Positions 11,011 through 23,938 of a stretch of DNA of 64,000 nucleotides are shown one piece after another (position 1 is the stretch's first letter; each line of letters starts with the position of its first letter). The position numbers and the translations under genes are program-made. Below the pieces are notes generated by a model, which was given only the letters and a program-made list of their open reading frames with translations, had not been told where the DNA came from and did no database searches. The stretch is from Gnetum montanum (Eukaryota; Plantae; Gnetophyta). Location: the NCBI GenBank assembly GCA_015680685.1, contig MNCI01001543.1, forward strand, positions 366,051 to 430,050. The letters are read 5' to 3'.

Positions 11011-12374
11011 TGCAATTGAAAAAATCAGTGGCTGGAACACCGAGAGGTCACCGGGTGAAATAGTTTAATCCCGGATTTGTGCGAGGGCCGTGCTGGAGAA
11101 AATGAATTCAAGGTGCCCTGGATGGTCTTCTCGATCAAACAGGAACTTAGTAGGTGTGACTTAACCTTTCACAGATGTTTACTTCGGAGACGATGCTTAT
11201 AGCGTAATATGATGATTATAAAATGCAATGGGATGAAAATGATGCAAAATACGATGATAATAAATTGAAATGTAATGAAAACTAGAGTGAGAGAATGCAC
11301 CACCTCAAGATCGTAGCTTTACTTTATTGAGATGGACACAATCGGTTGTGCAACACTGGGAGGCACAGAAATCTCAGAGATAACCAAAATGCTTAAAACG
11401 TGCCAACTATGCTCTCAAGTGCGAACTTAAAAGCCAACTACACCGAAAGGCGATCTAGAAAGCCAACTATGCAAAAAGCTAATCAACAAGCCAACCACTC
11501 TTGTTAATGTAGAAATGCCAACTCTTTGGATGAAAAATGTGAACTAGAAAAGCCAACCCTTTGAGTGTTGTTTCTCAGGGTATTTATAGGGCTAGGAGAA
11601 AGTGAATAATGGGGCTTGAATGCCATGTGTCCTGGACCCCACAAGATGCTATCGTGCCTGTACCATCTAGGTGTGCAATGCTGGTTGCAAACTTAGCTAC
11701 ACTGTGATTATGCCTCCGAGACTATATGTGCTAATATTAGTGTATTAACAATGTAAATAGAAGTGGATCTTACACTCGAGGACTACGTATTCCCTGCTCT
11801 TACGAGCAGGGTCAAGAGTAGGAATAATGTTTTCTTTGGGAGCTAACCAAGGGGTGTGCAAAATGGAGTGAAATTGCTGATTTCGCCAAGGAGATGCTAA
11901 AATGAGGAAGAATGTTGTCAAAAAGTTCTAGAACTACCCGAAGACATCTTGATGCTTCCATACCAGTGTTGTGTCACTCATGCTGTGTAGCTTAAGTGGC
12001 TGCTTGCTACGCTATGCTACGCTACATAGTGTAGCATAACGTAGCCATTGGTTTTGACTGGAACATGTGCTAAAGCTAAAAACACATTTGAAGCTTAGTC
12101 ATGCTAACAACTGCAACTCTTGTCTTTTGTGTCGGGAAGCCTTTGGACTTGCTAAACTCATGCTTGAAAAATTTATTGTTTTTGCATCGTCACTATGCTA
12201 TGCTATGCTATGTAGCATAGTAGAGCATAGTGGCTAGCGTATCCTGCTTCCTTGTTTAATCTGCCAATTTCTAGCAATAAACTTTGCTCAAGGTTTGTGG
12301 ATTAAGTGGGGCGAGAAGTTAGCTCTGGAGATAGAAAACTTGCCGGACTAAATAGTCTAACCTCAGTGCCTACA
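11011..12374 (-). repeat. 5' LTR of element A (~1.36 kb)
   Basis: TG start at 12374 (TGTAGGCAC) and CA at ~11011 next to the PBS. TATA CTATAAATA at 11581-11589 (-). GCCAAC repeats at ~30-bp spacing over 11400-11560. Confidence 0.75.
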
Positions 12375-12493
12375 TTTTCCTGCCAAACCGTCATGATGCT
12401 ACATTTGTGGAAGTCCTTGCCTAAATTCCAAGACCTTGGTGAAGCAAGAGAGCCTCAAAATTTTATGGTGTTTCAATGATACACATCCATGTN

Positions 12494-14326
12494 GGGAACA
12501 CCCACACTAAAGGTGGATAGGGGGGAATAAGGGTGGTAAGACTAAAAATCATACACCCCCCTACACAGCATTAGAGGGTTATCCTTTGGTAGGTTTTAAA
12601 TTTTTTTTCTAAAAATTAAAGTGAAGATTAGTTTTGTTTCAAAAGCCTTTATTTTGATGTTGGCAAGGTATCAACATTGGCCTTACTATGAAAATTTTCA
12701 CAACAAACGGGGGTAAGGTTATGGTTGGAATACCAACATTAGCCTTGCTAGGGAATTTGTAGCTACTGCTATGAATTTTTTGAAAAAATCCAAACATCCA
12801 CACTAGGGAAGAGATATGATACCCATGCTAGCTTTAGAAAATCTAGCAATTGTTGGGAATTTTCTCAAATCCCAAACATCCACACTAGGGGCTTGGTGGT
12901 AAGAAAAAAAAGACAAAAAAATGATAGCTTAAATCAGGCAAACAACTTGGGGGAAGGCCCTCCTTCTAGCGCTAGAAAACTGTAACAATTGAAAATCTTG
13001 GTTGTTGGGAAATCGAAAAAATTCAGTGAAATAGCTTTGACCTCGGATCCTAAGGGCGTCCAAAAAAAGGATCAATGGTATCTTGGATAGTCCAAAAAAT
13101 CACCTAGGGACTTGGAAAATGTAAATGAGGGTAGCAAAATAAAAATGTAATGTAGATCTATGAAAATAAATGCACCAAAATGAAACAAATAAATCTATTT
13201 TGCACACAAAAAAAATTATAAAATTTATTTTAATAGAAATAAATAATGGTTCAAGAAATGTTTATAAAAAAGGTGCCTTTGGTAGGGTTCAAAATTTGTT
13301 GAAATTGCTATAACCAGCTTCATGATCTGAAGGTTTTGCAACTCCTAATGCTTTTGAAGCTTCCTCCTCTTCTCCATAGATCTACAATGTTGGTGATGTA
13401 GTGGGTGAGATGTGTGATGGAGTTTTGCTACAAAGAAGAGCCACACTAAGGGTAAAGCCAAAAATGCTTAGCGTTGGTACCTAAAACTCACAAAATCTCA
13501 AAGGGAGGTAATAATGGCTATGAAGATTCCATGCTAGGGATTTGAGAAGTTGCATATTTGCAAGTCTGCAAGAGCTCTCAAATGCAAAAAAATGTTGAAA
13601 GTTGCAAGTGTGGAACCCTTTCATGCTCTTGGTGCTTGGGTTTTATAGGGTTTGGGCCATAAATTTGGCTGTAAATTCTTGTTGATTGCTACTACAAATT
13701 CTACCTTATTACTAACAAATTTTGGCTATATGTAGGTGTGGTGGGTGTTCAAATCCAGGGGGTTACTATGTATGGTAAGTGTCATACTTCCATGGTCATT
13801 TTGTTTACTAAAAATAGTAAATGAGAATTTCATCCTTGTTGGCTTCTTCCACCCATGCTAGATTTGGTGCAATGCTAGAATCTTGGACCATGCTAGAAAA
13901 ACACTAGGAGGAATGTGCAACACTGGGGGAAGGAAGTGACAATACTAGGGGTAAGGGTTATGCCCCCCCACACTAATAATGGTTAATGTCTTACCCCCAA
14001 CACTGGGAGTAGGTGGGCCACATCCCTCAACTAGTATCCCTAGTATGGAAAATATTACACCAACCTTAAAATCAATTAAAATGCTAATTTTGGCATCCCA
14101 AAAGGTATTTTTAACCCCCAAAGCCCAAATATAGGAATAATGTGGCTTTTTTCACATAGGGGATGAGGCTTTGACCACTTATGAGGCATTTTTCAACCCC
14201 AAAAGTATAAATTATGTGAAATTACATATCTTGGACTATAATATTCACATTTACAATGAAGTTTAGCCTCAGGTTTCATGGGGTGAGGGCTAAAATGATT
14301 AGAACATGCAATTTTGGTAGTGTTTT
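12494..14326 (-). mobile_element. Element F fragment: 5' LTR (12981-~14326), tRNA-Asn PBS and 5'UTR of a Tat-like element
   Basis: LTR ends ..TGTTACA at 12981 (-), followed by the PBS. Colinear similarity to the E LTR (58965-60118). The left limit is set by the N at 12493. Confidence 0.75.
12958..12974 (-). promoter_or_regulatory. Primer-binding site, tRNA-Asn type (element F)
   Basis: Minus strand TAGCGCTAGAAGGAGGG (consensus TGGCGCTAGAAGGAGGG). Confidence 0.85.
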
Positions 14327-14724
14327 GGTTGGGAAGCACTTGGATGTAAGGCTAACTGCAAAACACAACTTGTCAGCTTCAACAGGCTTTAAGCTTCATT
14401 TGTGTGAATCCCTATGCATTTAGGCACACAATTTGTACACATTCAAACTTTTCCTGTACAAGAATTTTATTGTTTCAATAAAATCTATAGCTTATATTTT
14501 GTGCAAGTTATTATGATTCTATTTTGTGCATTAATTCTACTTTTAGATATGCAAAAATTTAAAATTTATTTACATCTATTTACACATTTTAAGTACCTAG
14601 ATGATCAACGAGATTGTCCAAGATGCCTTGGATCATCTTTCTTGGAGGTCCTTTGGATCCAAGGTTAAACTATTTCATTTGGAACTTATGGTTTTTCTAG
14701 CAATTGAATTTTTTTAGTGTGACA
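14327..14724 (+). repeat. 3' portion of element B 5' LTR
   Basis: High similarity to 34222-34617 (GCAAAACACAACTTG..TATGCATTTAGGCAC..CTTGGAGGTCCTTTGGATC); ends in ..GACA before the PBS. Confidence 0.85.
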
Positions 14725-14729
14725 ATTTC

Positions 14730-14746
14730 TAGTGCTAGAAGGAGGG
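14730..14746 (+). promoter_or_regulatory. Primer-binding site, tRNA-Asn type (element B)
   Basis: TAGTGCTAGAAGGAGGG five bases after the LTR end. Confidence 0.85.
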
Positions 14747-15471
14747 CCTTCACTCAAATTCTTCACCCAATCTTGGTCCGCCACTTTCAAAAATAATTTT
14801 TGCAAACTAAAACCTTCTATACTTTATCAAGAAAACTTTCTTAGAAAGCCAACATTGCTACTCTTTTTTTTTTTCAATAAATACCTAGTGTATCAATTGT
14901 AGGTGATTTGGGTGTTTTCAAAATTTTCACAGTAGTTGTTGGATTTTCCAAATGCAACATGGTTTCTAGAAAAACTTACCACTTTTTCTTGATGAAACCT
15001 ACCTTTGGGTGTTCTAAAAGTTATCATAGTTTTTCCTTAAAAAACCAAACTCTTTGCTATGAAATTTTGTGGGCAAAGCTAGTGTGGTTCTCCCCAAGAC
15101 TCTAGCATAGTTTTTGGAAAGTCAACATTTCACATTTATCCTTCCAAGACCAGCACACCTTTTTAAGAGCGGGTTATTCCAAGCATAGTTTTTTTGGGCA
15201 AGGTAATCATTTGTTACCTACCCTCTAGCATAGTTTTGCTAGCAAATCCAGTGTAGTTATTGTTTCCAACATTAAAATTGTCATACCTTGTTAAGTGTAA
15301 TGCATATCACTACCATTGTAACCTATACTACAGCTGCAATTGCAATTCCAATTAGTTTGCAGCCATAACCATTTAAAAATTGGAAAATTTATTAATTAAA
15401 AATCAAACCAAATTAAATTAGTGTCAATGCCTTTTAGCAAATCCATAGTTTTGCTTGTTAACTTGATAGAC

Positions 15472-16672
15472 ATGGCTTCCAACTAAGACATTGTGAAAGT
15501 CTATGACTCAAAAAATCCAATGGTGGTTGAGCCTAGTCAATCACTTAAATATAGGGGTTAAAGTTGGGATTTTATCATAATAGATGAAATTTATCATAAT
15601 TTCATTTATGCTAGAATCCAAGCTAACTTGCTTGTTCCATGTGTAGAGGTTGAATCCAAATGTGAGTATTAGCTGATCCACCGAAATAGGAAGGAGTACA
15701 TCCCTTCCTCATATGATAAAATATCCTTAAATAACATCCACACTTCCATACTATATTAATTAATTGATATGGACGAAAAAAGAAAGGAGTTGAGCTCAGA
15801 GGGTCATCATGAAGAGCATGATGATTTTGAGGCTGAACCTAAACCTAGCAACTTCCTAGGGAGCCTCTTCCAACAATCAGCTCTTGAACCCACCTTATCC
15901 ACTTCGGCCTCTCCTACCTCTTTTGTGGGGTAGGTTCCTCAACCCTCTTCTCTTGTCTACCCTACCATGTTTCAACTAGCACTTATCATAATGGCCCACT
16001 AGCCATAATTCATGCCCGAATCCACTTCCATTTTCTTCTCCATGTTCTTTTCCACATAGCCTCGATCTGCACAGTCATCACCTATGATCCTCACCATTGC
16101 TCATCCATTCTCCATTTCAGTGGACCTCATAGTGGGACCCCAAGTGATCCAAGGATTCCATACACCATTTTTTCCCTTTGTTCCATAAGTATAAGCATAA
16201 ACCTCCTTCTCATTGTTTAGCCCTCCTATGATAATGATTACTTAGTCTCTTCACTCTATGCTACAACCCATTGTAAGGCCACAAGCCTCTCAACTCACTT
16301 GAAAACCATTCATTCCAACCCCACAACCCATGGAAATGACTCAAGGCTTGGATTAGACATTTCAAATGATCCAAGACCTTATAGAAGAGTTACGGATACT
16401 TAAAGCCTCAACTACGTAGATAGTCAAGATCGTGAACTTTTATCAGGGTGATCCTATCAGTCCTACTATCCCACAAATAACTCTTTCCCTAGGCATTCCC
16501 ATACCCTAATTTACCAAGTACAAATATGAGGATGACTCCAATTCTCACCTTACCACCTTCTGCTCCAAGTGCCTATTGCTATAGGCTTGGCCTCATACCA
16601 TAATGAAAATATTCCCTATGTCTCTTACCAAAAAGGCCTTAGATTGGTATTACAAGTTGTCTTGAGGATCTA
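15472..16672 (+). pseudogene. Element B gag, 5' part
   Basis: MASN*DIVKVYDSKNP.. matches E gag MASNQDVICVYDPKDP. FTKYKYEDDSNSHLTTF..IFPMSLTKKALDWY runs up to the C insertion. Confidence 0.85.
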
Positions 16673-17516
16673 TGATGAGCCATGATATCGAGGCTGTGAT
16701 ATCACATCTGTGATATCAGGCCTGCAATATTAGATCCTGCCAAGAGATATCAGACATCCGATATTGGGACCTATCTTGTTGCCTATAAATAAGAGGTGGG
16801 TGCACTTGGTTTGGTAATTAGTTCTTAGTTCCTTACCCAAACTCTTGTAGTTTCTCCCTCTTAGAGTTAGAATTATTTCTAAGTACCCGTAGTAGGAGTC
16901 ATAAAGCAAACAAATTTTTATTCGAGCACTATGTACCTGAGCACACCTTATGTTTGAAAATAAAGACAAACTTTGTGATAATCCTTGCATCATTCAGAAT
17001 AGCTTATCTCTCACCCTTAATGCTATTTATAGTTTTTTAATGCTTTCATTAGTTAATTAATGTTTCTTTTATTAATTTGTTAATTTTCAGAAGTAAGCAC
17101 ACTTAGTACGACCACTTCGAGCATGTGTGGAACACTTGGTAACCCAGTAACGATTAGCGTTTTGTAATCCTAGTAGTGTTGCATTGGTTTAGGATGTTTA
17201 CAGAAAGTGGGATCGGATGCTAGTGTTAGGACTAGTTAGGACCTAGGTGATTAGTTAATTTAAATTAGTTATTCAATCAATTCACTTCTTCTCTCTTAGC
17301 ACCAGGACATAAAACATAGAAAGCATAAAAATCATATACCTCAAGTTCACTTAACCATACAATCGTGCCATACGAGTAAGCTTGGGAAAACAACGATTGC
17401 CTAACCCATCCTTTCTTTATGAAGGTGCATAAGCACTTAGTCCTTGGAGTTTGACCAGATCACATGTAATGCTCATATTTGTATGGTTGAGCATAGGGGT
17501 ACCTCACCACTCATCA
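16673..17516 (+). repeat. 5' LTR of element C
   Basis: Direct repeat of 23939-24782; terminal inverted TGATGAG/CTCATCA; TATA CTATAAATA ~16783. Confidence 0.95.
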
Positions 17517-17517
17517 T

Positions 17518-17535
17518 TGGTGTCGTTGCCAAGGA
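17518..17535 (+). promoter_or_regulatory. Primer-binding site, tRNA-Asp type (element C)
   Basis: TGGTGTCGTTGCCAAGGA is a transition-decayed TGGCGCCGTTGCCGGGGA, the Athila-type PBS. Confidence 0.85.
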
Positions 17536-17656
17536 CTTTGTTGTTTGTGCGCTAATTAGAACTTAGGAATCTTCCCATTATTATAACAAACCCTTAGGGT
17601 TAGTTATGAAAAAAATATAATAATATAATAATACATTTCACATTGAATAATTAGTC

Positions 17657-20600
17657 ATGTCTCCTTCTTCCTATGAAAGTGCTTCACCACCTAGGTCTGA
17701 CACAATGAATAGTCAAAGGCATAGTACACATGATGATGATCCACCAGTGCCCCAATAGTTTTGTTTGGTATATGCTCATCCAGATGAGTATGTACTAGAC
17801 TTTATCTTTATCCTCCACTAGGATGAATAGTTGCAATGGCATGATTTAGAGGGTAACATAGTGTTACCACCGAATCGCTCAATCCCAAGCATGCTTCTTC
17901 GTGCTCTCACATGAATTGGTATGCAACACTTACAGTTGAAGTACGTTGTGCATGAACAAGATTCGAGAGATTATCGACCCATGGAGGCACAACATCAAAG
18001 GGACATAAAATAGAAGAGACATTACAAATCTATGAAGGAAAAGTAATCTCAGGATGTCCCGTATGTCATAAGTGAAAACAAGGGTGGTGAACCTGCCTCG
18101 GGAGGTTTTCCACATAATGATGTTCCTCTCGTTGACTTCACTCAAGGAGTTATGTATCAGTATCTTTGCTCAACTATTCATAACCTAGGTTTTGATACCA
18201 ATGGACACAAAGGATTTGAAAAAGGAATAAAAACACATGATGATAACAAACATTTCGATCGTAACCACGGCTGAGGCTGTGACTGCCAAAGAGAAAATGA
18301 TAGGCACCATCATGGTGCTAGTCCTCCTTCCTGTCCATCTTCATCATCTCCTTCCTCCTCTCCTTTAGGATGTAGATGCAGTCACAAAGAGAAAGATCAT
18401 GAGGAAAATGGTAAGAAAAATAGAGATCATAGACGAAATACTTGAGAAAGGGAATGAGGGCATTCTAGAGAAATACATCATGAAAGAAGGAAGATTAGGA
18501 AACAACATAGGCATCATAGATGCCATAGAAAATATGATCACGATGAACCCCTACTCGCTACTCAAAATATGCTAGATATAACTGAGGCCATTAGGATCCC
18601 AACAAGGCACCAAAAGGACAGTAAGATCAAAATATTAGAAATGGACAATATCCCATAATTTGAAGGGGGATACAACACTAATCCTCAAAAATCATTTGCA
18701 AGCATTCTATGATGCATGTGCCTTGCAAAATATAGAAAAAAATTGGCAAAAACGAAAGTTGTTTTCACAGACACTAATCAAAGAAGTAGAAAGCTAGTGC
18801 CGATCCTTAGAACCGGAATCCATTCGTCGATGGAGTATCATGTTAGAGTTATTCAATGATAAATTGTCCAACTTGCGAAAGAAAATCCAAGGATGGAAAC
18901 AAGGAGGACACAAACCCTTGGATGTTTCCATGGGTCAATATTTTGCATTATTACATTGTTGCGCTAGCCATAGTTACTCACAGAGGGAACAACTACACCA
19001 TCTTGTAGATGGGCTTAGGCATGAAATGTGAAGAACCCTTGGGACTTATGCCCAATGAAGACTCTTTGAACTTAGGGCCCATCAAGTACAAAGATTGTTG
19101 GAGCAAGTTTCCAAAGGAAGGTGAGTTGAGAAAAAGAGAAAGTACAGAGGAATACAATAGAGATCCTTCCCTCTAAAAGAAGGAAGTTAGATTTTGTGAG
19201 GATGAAGAAGAGTCACCACTTGAAGAAATGATGAATAGAAAAAATTTTCCCATTCAAAAATTTCCATTAGAAGTATTGGAAAAGGTAGATCAAATGTGGG
19301 ATTTCCTAGATAATAAATTCCATACTGTTCTCTAAATATTAGAGGAGTCAAGAGAGCAAGGTAGTGACTGAGAAACAAGAAAAAAGAAAGAAGCTGAATA
19401 TGCATATAACAAAGGTAAGGGCAAAGTTTCCATCATTGAAGAGGTTGTGGATTCAGATACAGACAATGATGGTGGATGTGAGATATGCCAATATGACCAT
19501 CCTAAGGGATGTTGCCTAGTAATCTCACATGTGCAGGAGTCAAGGATGTATACACTAAACCCATGATTAAATAGATGGCAAACACCCCGAAGGTTACCAT
19601 ATCCTCAAGGTAACCCAAGGCAGTTCTACCAACCCTTGACGTATTATCCAAGTGGAAATCCACCACAACCAAATGAACAATATCAATAGTGGCAACACCC
19701 ATAATCATGGGGAATGCCACCATGGCATCAACAGTACCCTTACCATCAACCTGATCCATACGGATACTACATGTAGCAGCCAATCTCTCCACATGACTCT
19801 ACCAGTCATGTCACTCCTCAGCCTCACTATCAAGTCCACAAGTACTATAGAACTCCTTCTCCTAGGATAGATGTTCCACAAACGTACTATCCTTCTCATC
19901 CGAATGCACCTCTCCCACCCTTAGCTCCATTACCACCTGTTGCAGCTATGCAGGGTGAGGTCCCTACCTAGCTATAGCAATGCAATGCTACAAGGGCTAT
20001 TAAACCTCAACCTAATATTGGTTTAGAAAATCACACAAAGAGGAGACCTTTCTTTAGAATCAATAGTCCAACTAAGTCCTTACAACCACAAGTGGCTAAT
20101 CCTCTAAATGCCTCACCATTATTCAAATCTTCGGAGCTCCCTTCAAACCAAAGACCATACTTAACACACACGGTCATGTTGACTCATGCCATTTCTAACT
20201 GGATTAAAGCTAGCCATCTTCCTAGGAAATTATTTGATCCTGGGAGTCCTCTTATATATTTACAAATTGCTAGGAATGAGCCATGCAAAGCTCTTTTGGA
20301 TTCATGTTCTAGTGTCAACTTAATCTCTCAAGAAATATACAAGGCCTAGAACATGCCTCCACTAAAAGAGAGTAACATTTGTTTAGAGCTGGCTGACTAG
20401 TCCATCACTGTCCCATTAGGACGAGTGGAGGACATTTTCATCACTATTTGTGGATGGTCGTATTTAGCTGATTTCCTAGTGATTCAAGTCAACAACTATA
20501 AGGGGGACTTTCCAATCATTATGGGAAGAGCATGGCTAAGCACATTTGATGCACACCTAGGAATACATGATCTTTCCCTAGAAATATAAAAGGAAAATAC

Positions 20601-22021
20601 ATTTGGAAAGATTGAGAATAAGAAAGTTCCATGCATCGCATACAGTGATGCAGGGTGCGACTACGTTTAGAAGGCTTGGTTTGTACAATGTTTAACATAG
20701 CCTGCATGCAACCAGTGTGCACAAATAACTAACATACAAAGATGCATGTATGCAACATCCATAAGACAGGAAAGCATCCAGTGGTTGATAGCTAACCAAG
20801 AGAGCAACTCAACTATATGCATGGAACCAACTGAGAGCTTGACTTGCACCTACATTGATAGCATAGACAAATTAGAGCATGTCCATCACCAACTTCCAAT
20901 TTGTGACATAAAAAATATTAACTGGGGAAAGATGGAAATCCATAATGTGTTATGAGATGCTCATCATTTCATCCAATCTTATGAGCACTACCAAGGTGAT
21001 GGGGGAATGAATTCTAGAATGGAGGGTCTACAACAATGGATTCAACCCTTAGAATCCTTTGACATATAGGAAATTGATTTTATGGGGCCTATTACACCAA
21101 TGTTCAATGGAAAGGCATACATTGTTGTTGATGTTGACAATTTTACAAAGTGGGTAGAAGCAGCTATTATTATGGACTATACATCATCTACTGCTACACG
21201 ATTTTTTCAACAACAAATCATAAATAGGTTTGGTGTGCCTCATGCCCTTATTTTAGACAATGGTACACACTTTACAGGTGCAACTTTCTGGAAGTTAATG
21301 CAATGCTTAGGAGTTGAGCATAAGATGACTACACCATATCATCCTCAAGTGAATGGTCAAGCTGAAGTCACCAATAGAGAGATCACAAAAATACTGACAT
21401 GGACCATTAGAAAATATAGGCAAGACTAGAGCACCAAATTGAACGATGCTCTTTGGTCATACTGCTCCATATGGAAACTTCCTATAGGCTACTCTCCCTA
21501 TGAGTTAGTGTACAAAAAACTTCCCACACTTCCTATCCAAGCCGAGCTACTTACATTATCTATAGCATGTGACCTCAACCTTGACCTTATTCTAGCACAA
21601 AAATAATGGTTAATAAGCCTTAACTTGCTAGATGAGAACCAATTAGCCACCCTGTCATCCAATGAACTACACAAGGCCTTCAACAAGCACTGTCATGACC
21701 AAAAAAATAGAAAATTTAAATACCAACTAGGAGAAAAGGTTCTTTATTGGAATCCCACACATGTGCCACAACACACTAAATTTCAAATGCTATGGGAAGG
21801 ACCTTATATCATTCATGAAACTTTTCCTTTAGGGGCCATGATGATTTATAAACCTGAAAGCCCAGGTAAGAAATTACTAGTCAACATCCAACAAACCAAA
21901 CCTTTACATGAGCCTAGCATAGCTAGTACTAATACTACCTCTGTTGGTGGACAACCTTGCTCATTATTTTAGATTTCCTCCTTCCAACTCAGTCATGGGG
22001 GAGATGGCCACCAATGCTAAC
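17657..22021 (+). pseudogene. Element C gag-protease-(RT/RH deleted)-integrase
   Basis: CEICQYDHP*GCC knuckle ~19476; ALLDSCSSVNL protease ~20290; integrase IDFMGP..DNFTKWVEA..DNGTHF..NGQAEVTNREI and WEGPYII (GPY/F). No RT motifs between protease and integrase. Confidence 0.9.
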
Positions 22022-23675
22022 CATTCCAAGCTCTCAATTCCTTTACCTTTTTTGTTTTACATATTTTTGTTTCACATATTTTTTCCTATTTACTTATTTT
22101 TTGTTTTATACCATCATTAACATTTTTGTCATTTCTTTATTTACCTTACTTCTACTCATCACATAATCAGTGCTCACGATGGTGGGTTGTATTATAATAA
22201 GTGTTGATTGCTAATGTTTGGTTTTTACCTTTGACTTTCAATGTTGATGCTAAGATATAGTTTCTTTTGATAAAATAGGCAATGAGTTCATGTCACGCAA
22301 TTATTCATACAACTTTAAGGTCTCCCTTGTTTTGGAAATGTACTATCCCTTTTCTAAGTAAATTTATTAATGAATTTGTTCCTTAGTACTCTTCGAACCA
22401 AGGAAAGATTCAAATGGATGGAAAATGATGTGACCCCAAGGTGATTTGATGCATTTGTTTTGGCTATTCTCTTCGGTACTTGGATGTTTTTCATAGGTTT
22501 TCTTCCATCCCACTCTTGACCAAACATCAAGAAGTTGACTAAATCAAATAAGTCTTTGCATGCTGTGGTTCTCACATTCAAAAAAAAAACTGGTGAGAAT
22601 TCAAAGCACACCCCTTAGACATAATAAAGAAACATGGGCTACAAGCACTAGTTATGGCACTGGAAAGACATGTTACCCTTGCCTAAAGGTTCCCTCTAAC
22701 TAAGGCCCTTTCTCACTTCTTGCTTCTTCTCTTGTTGGGATGGTGGTGACTTTGTGAATACATTCTTGTTACTTCTGGAGGATGGGTTGGTCAAGTGTGT
22801 TGATGTGTGGTCACTGGATGTGGATAGTGGAATATGGATTTGGACAGAATTTTATTAAGTCACCTTAACCACATATTACATAAGGGACTTTACAATACCT
22901 TAATTTTGGGACTCTATTCCATTCTGTCCTCTCTTTCCATATTGCTTTCCACATTCCACCTCATTGCCAGTTTTATGATAAGTCGATATCTTGGTTGATG
23001 CATTGTGAATCTGTGGTAAAACTCTTATGGGTAAGTTCTTAACCTTTGTTTCCATATGTCATTCCAAGAGCCTATGGACTCTTTGGTTTGTAGGTTTGTT
23101 AGGGCATTCAGGGCATGAGCTTGCTTTGGGGAGGACCCACTGGCATATCTTTTTGGTGCAATTGTTAAGCTTGTTCCATTCAATATTTCTTGCAATCAAC
23201 TATTTCTCATTCACCCCATCAATGACATCCATTTTTTCTTTTGTTTTATTAGCTTCACCATTGTTATTTCTCTTATCCTTCTTGTTCTTTAAAGTTTTCC
23301 ACCCTATTGTTATCGGAGGTTCGCTCTTAGTCGTGGGGGCCCTATCACAAATTTTTCCATTCCATAACTATCTTACCCCTACACCTTGGGTAGTTATCAT
23401 TCATAAACCTCTAACCCAATATCTACCATATCCAAAACCTAGCCAATGTGCTTTATATCGAGGCAAGGTATCAGCTGCATTAGGTTTTATCTACCCTTTC
23501 TAATCTGTGAGTGTGTTGTGTGTGTAGATGGCGATTACACAAACAATGGACTGGGATAAGAGGGAGCACTTAGGGTGGACTAGAGGTGGAGCATTTATGC
23601 AAGGAACAAATTTGGGCATGTGGCTACGGATGAACAAATGTGTGCATAGTTTAGACATTGGCAGAATGCACCTCA

Positions 23676-23678
<3 letters not shown>

Positions 23679-23719
<41 letters not shown>
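23679..23719 (+). repeat. (CT)n microsatellite
   Basis: About 20 TC units with one interruption. Confidence 0.95.
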
Positions 23720-23938
23720 TTTCAAGTTGTTGAATGAGGGTATGGATGTCATCTATGTACAATGTTCACCACAATAGGCATGAACACCAATGCTATAATA
23801 TATTTGTTAATCTGTTCCCTGGGCACTTTGAGTATGTCATCCCATGTCATCGTTAGTTGTCATTTAGTCAATAATCCCATACCTTCCCAATGTTTTATAA
23901 GGAACTTGAGTACGAGTTTTCATCTAGTTGTGGGGGTA

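Larger units (their letters stand above)
1..12374 (-). mobile_element. Element A: Tat/Ogre-like Ty3/gypsy LTR retrotransposon (5' LTR, PBS, gag, protease, spacer with antisense gene, RT); 3' part runs off the window start
   Basis: Minus-strand order: LTR starting TGTAGGCAC at 12374, tRNA-Asn-type PBS ~10986-11002, gag with CDYHQLCGH knuckle, protease, ~6 kb spacer, RT with YVDD. Confidence 0.9.

Noticed and set aside
12375-12493. Assigning this segment to element F
   Set aside because: No clear homology by eye, and it is bounded by an N at 12493 that may be an assembly join.
12958-12974. tRNA-Asn gene
   Set aside because: Only the ~17-nt 3' end is present, next to an LTR end; it is a PBS with no cloverleaf.
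12950-14755. Inverted repeats as TIRs of a DNA transposon or MITE
   Set aside because: The arms are LTR ends plus PBS of two oppositely oriented retroelements (F and B).
23027-23503. 158-aa hydrophobic ORF as an Athila env-like or membrane protein
   Set aside because: The hydrophobicity comes from the T-rich strand, and the equivalent ORF in D (49786-50118) shows no protein similarity.
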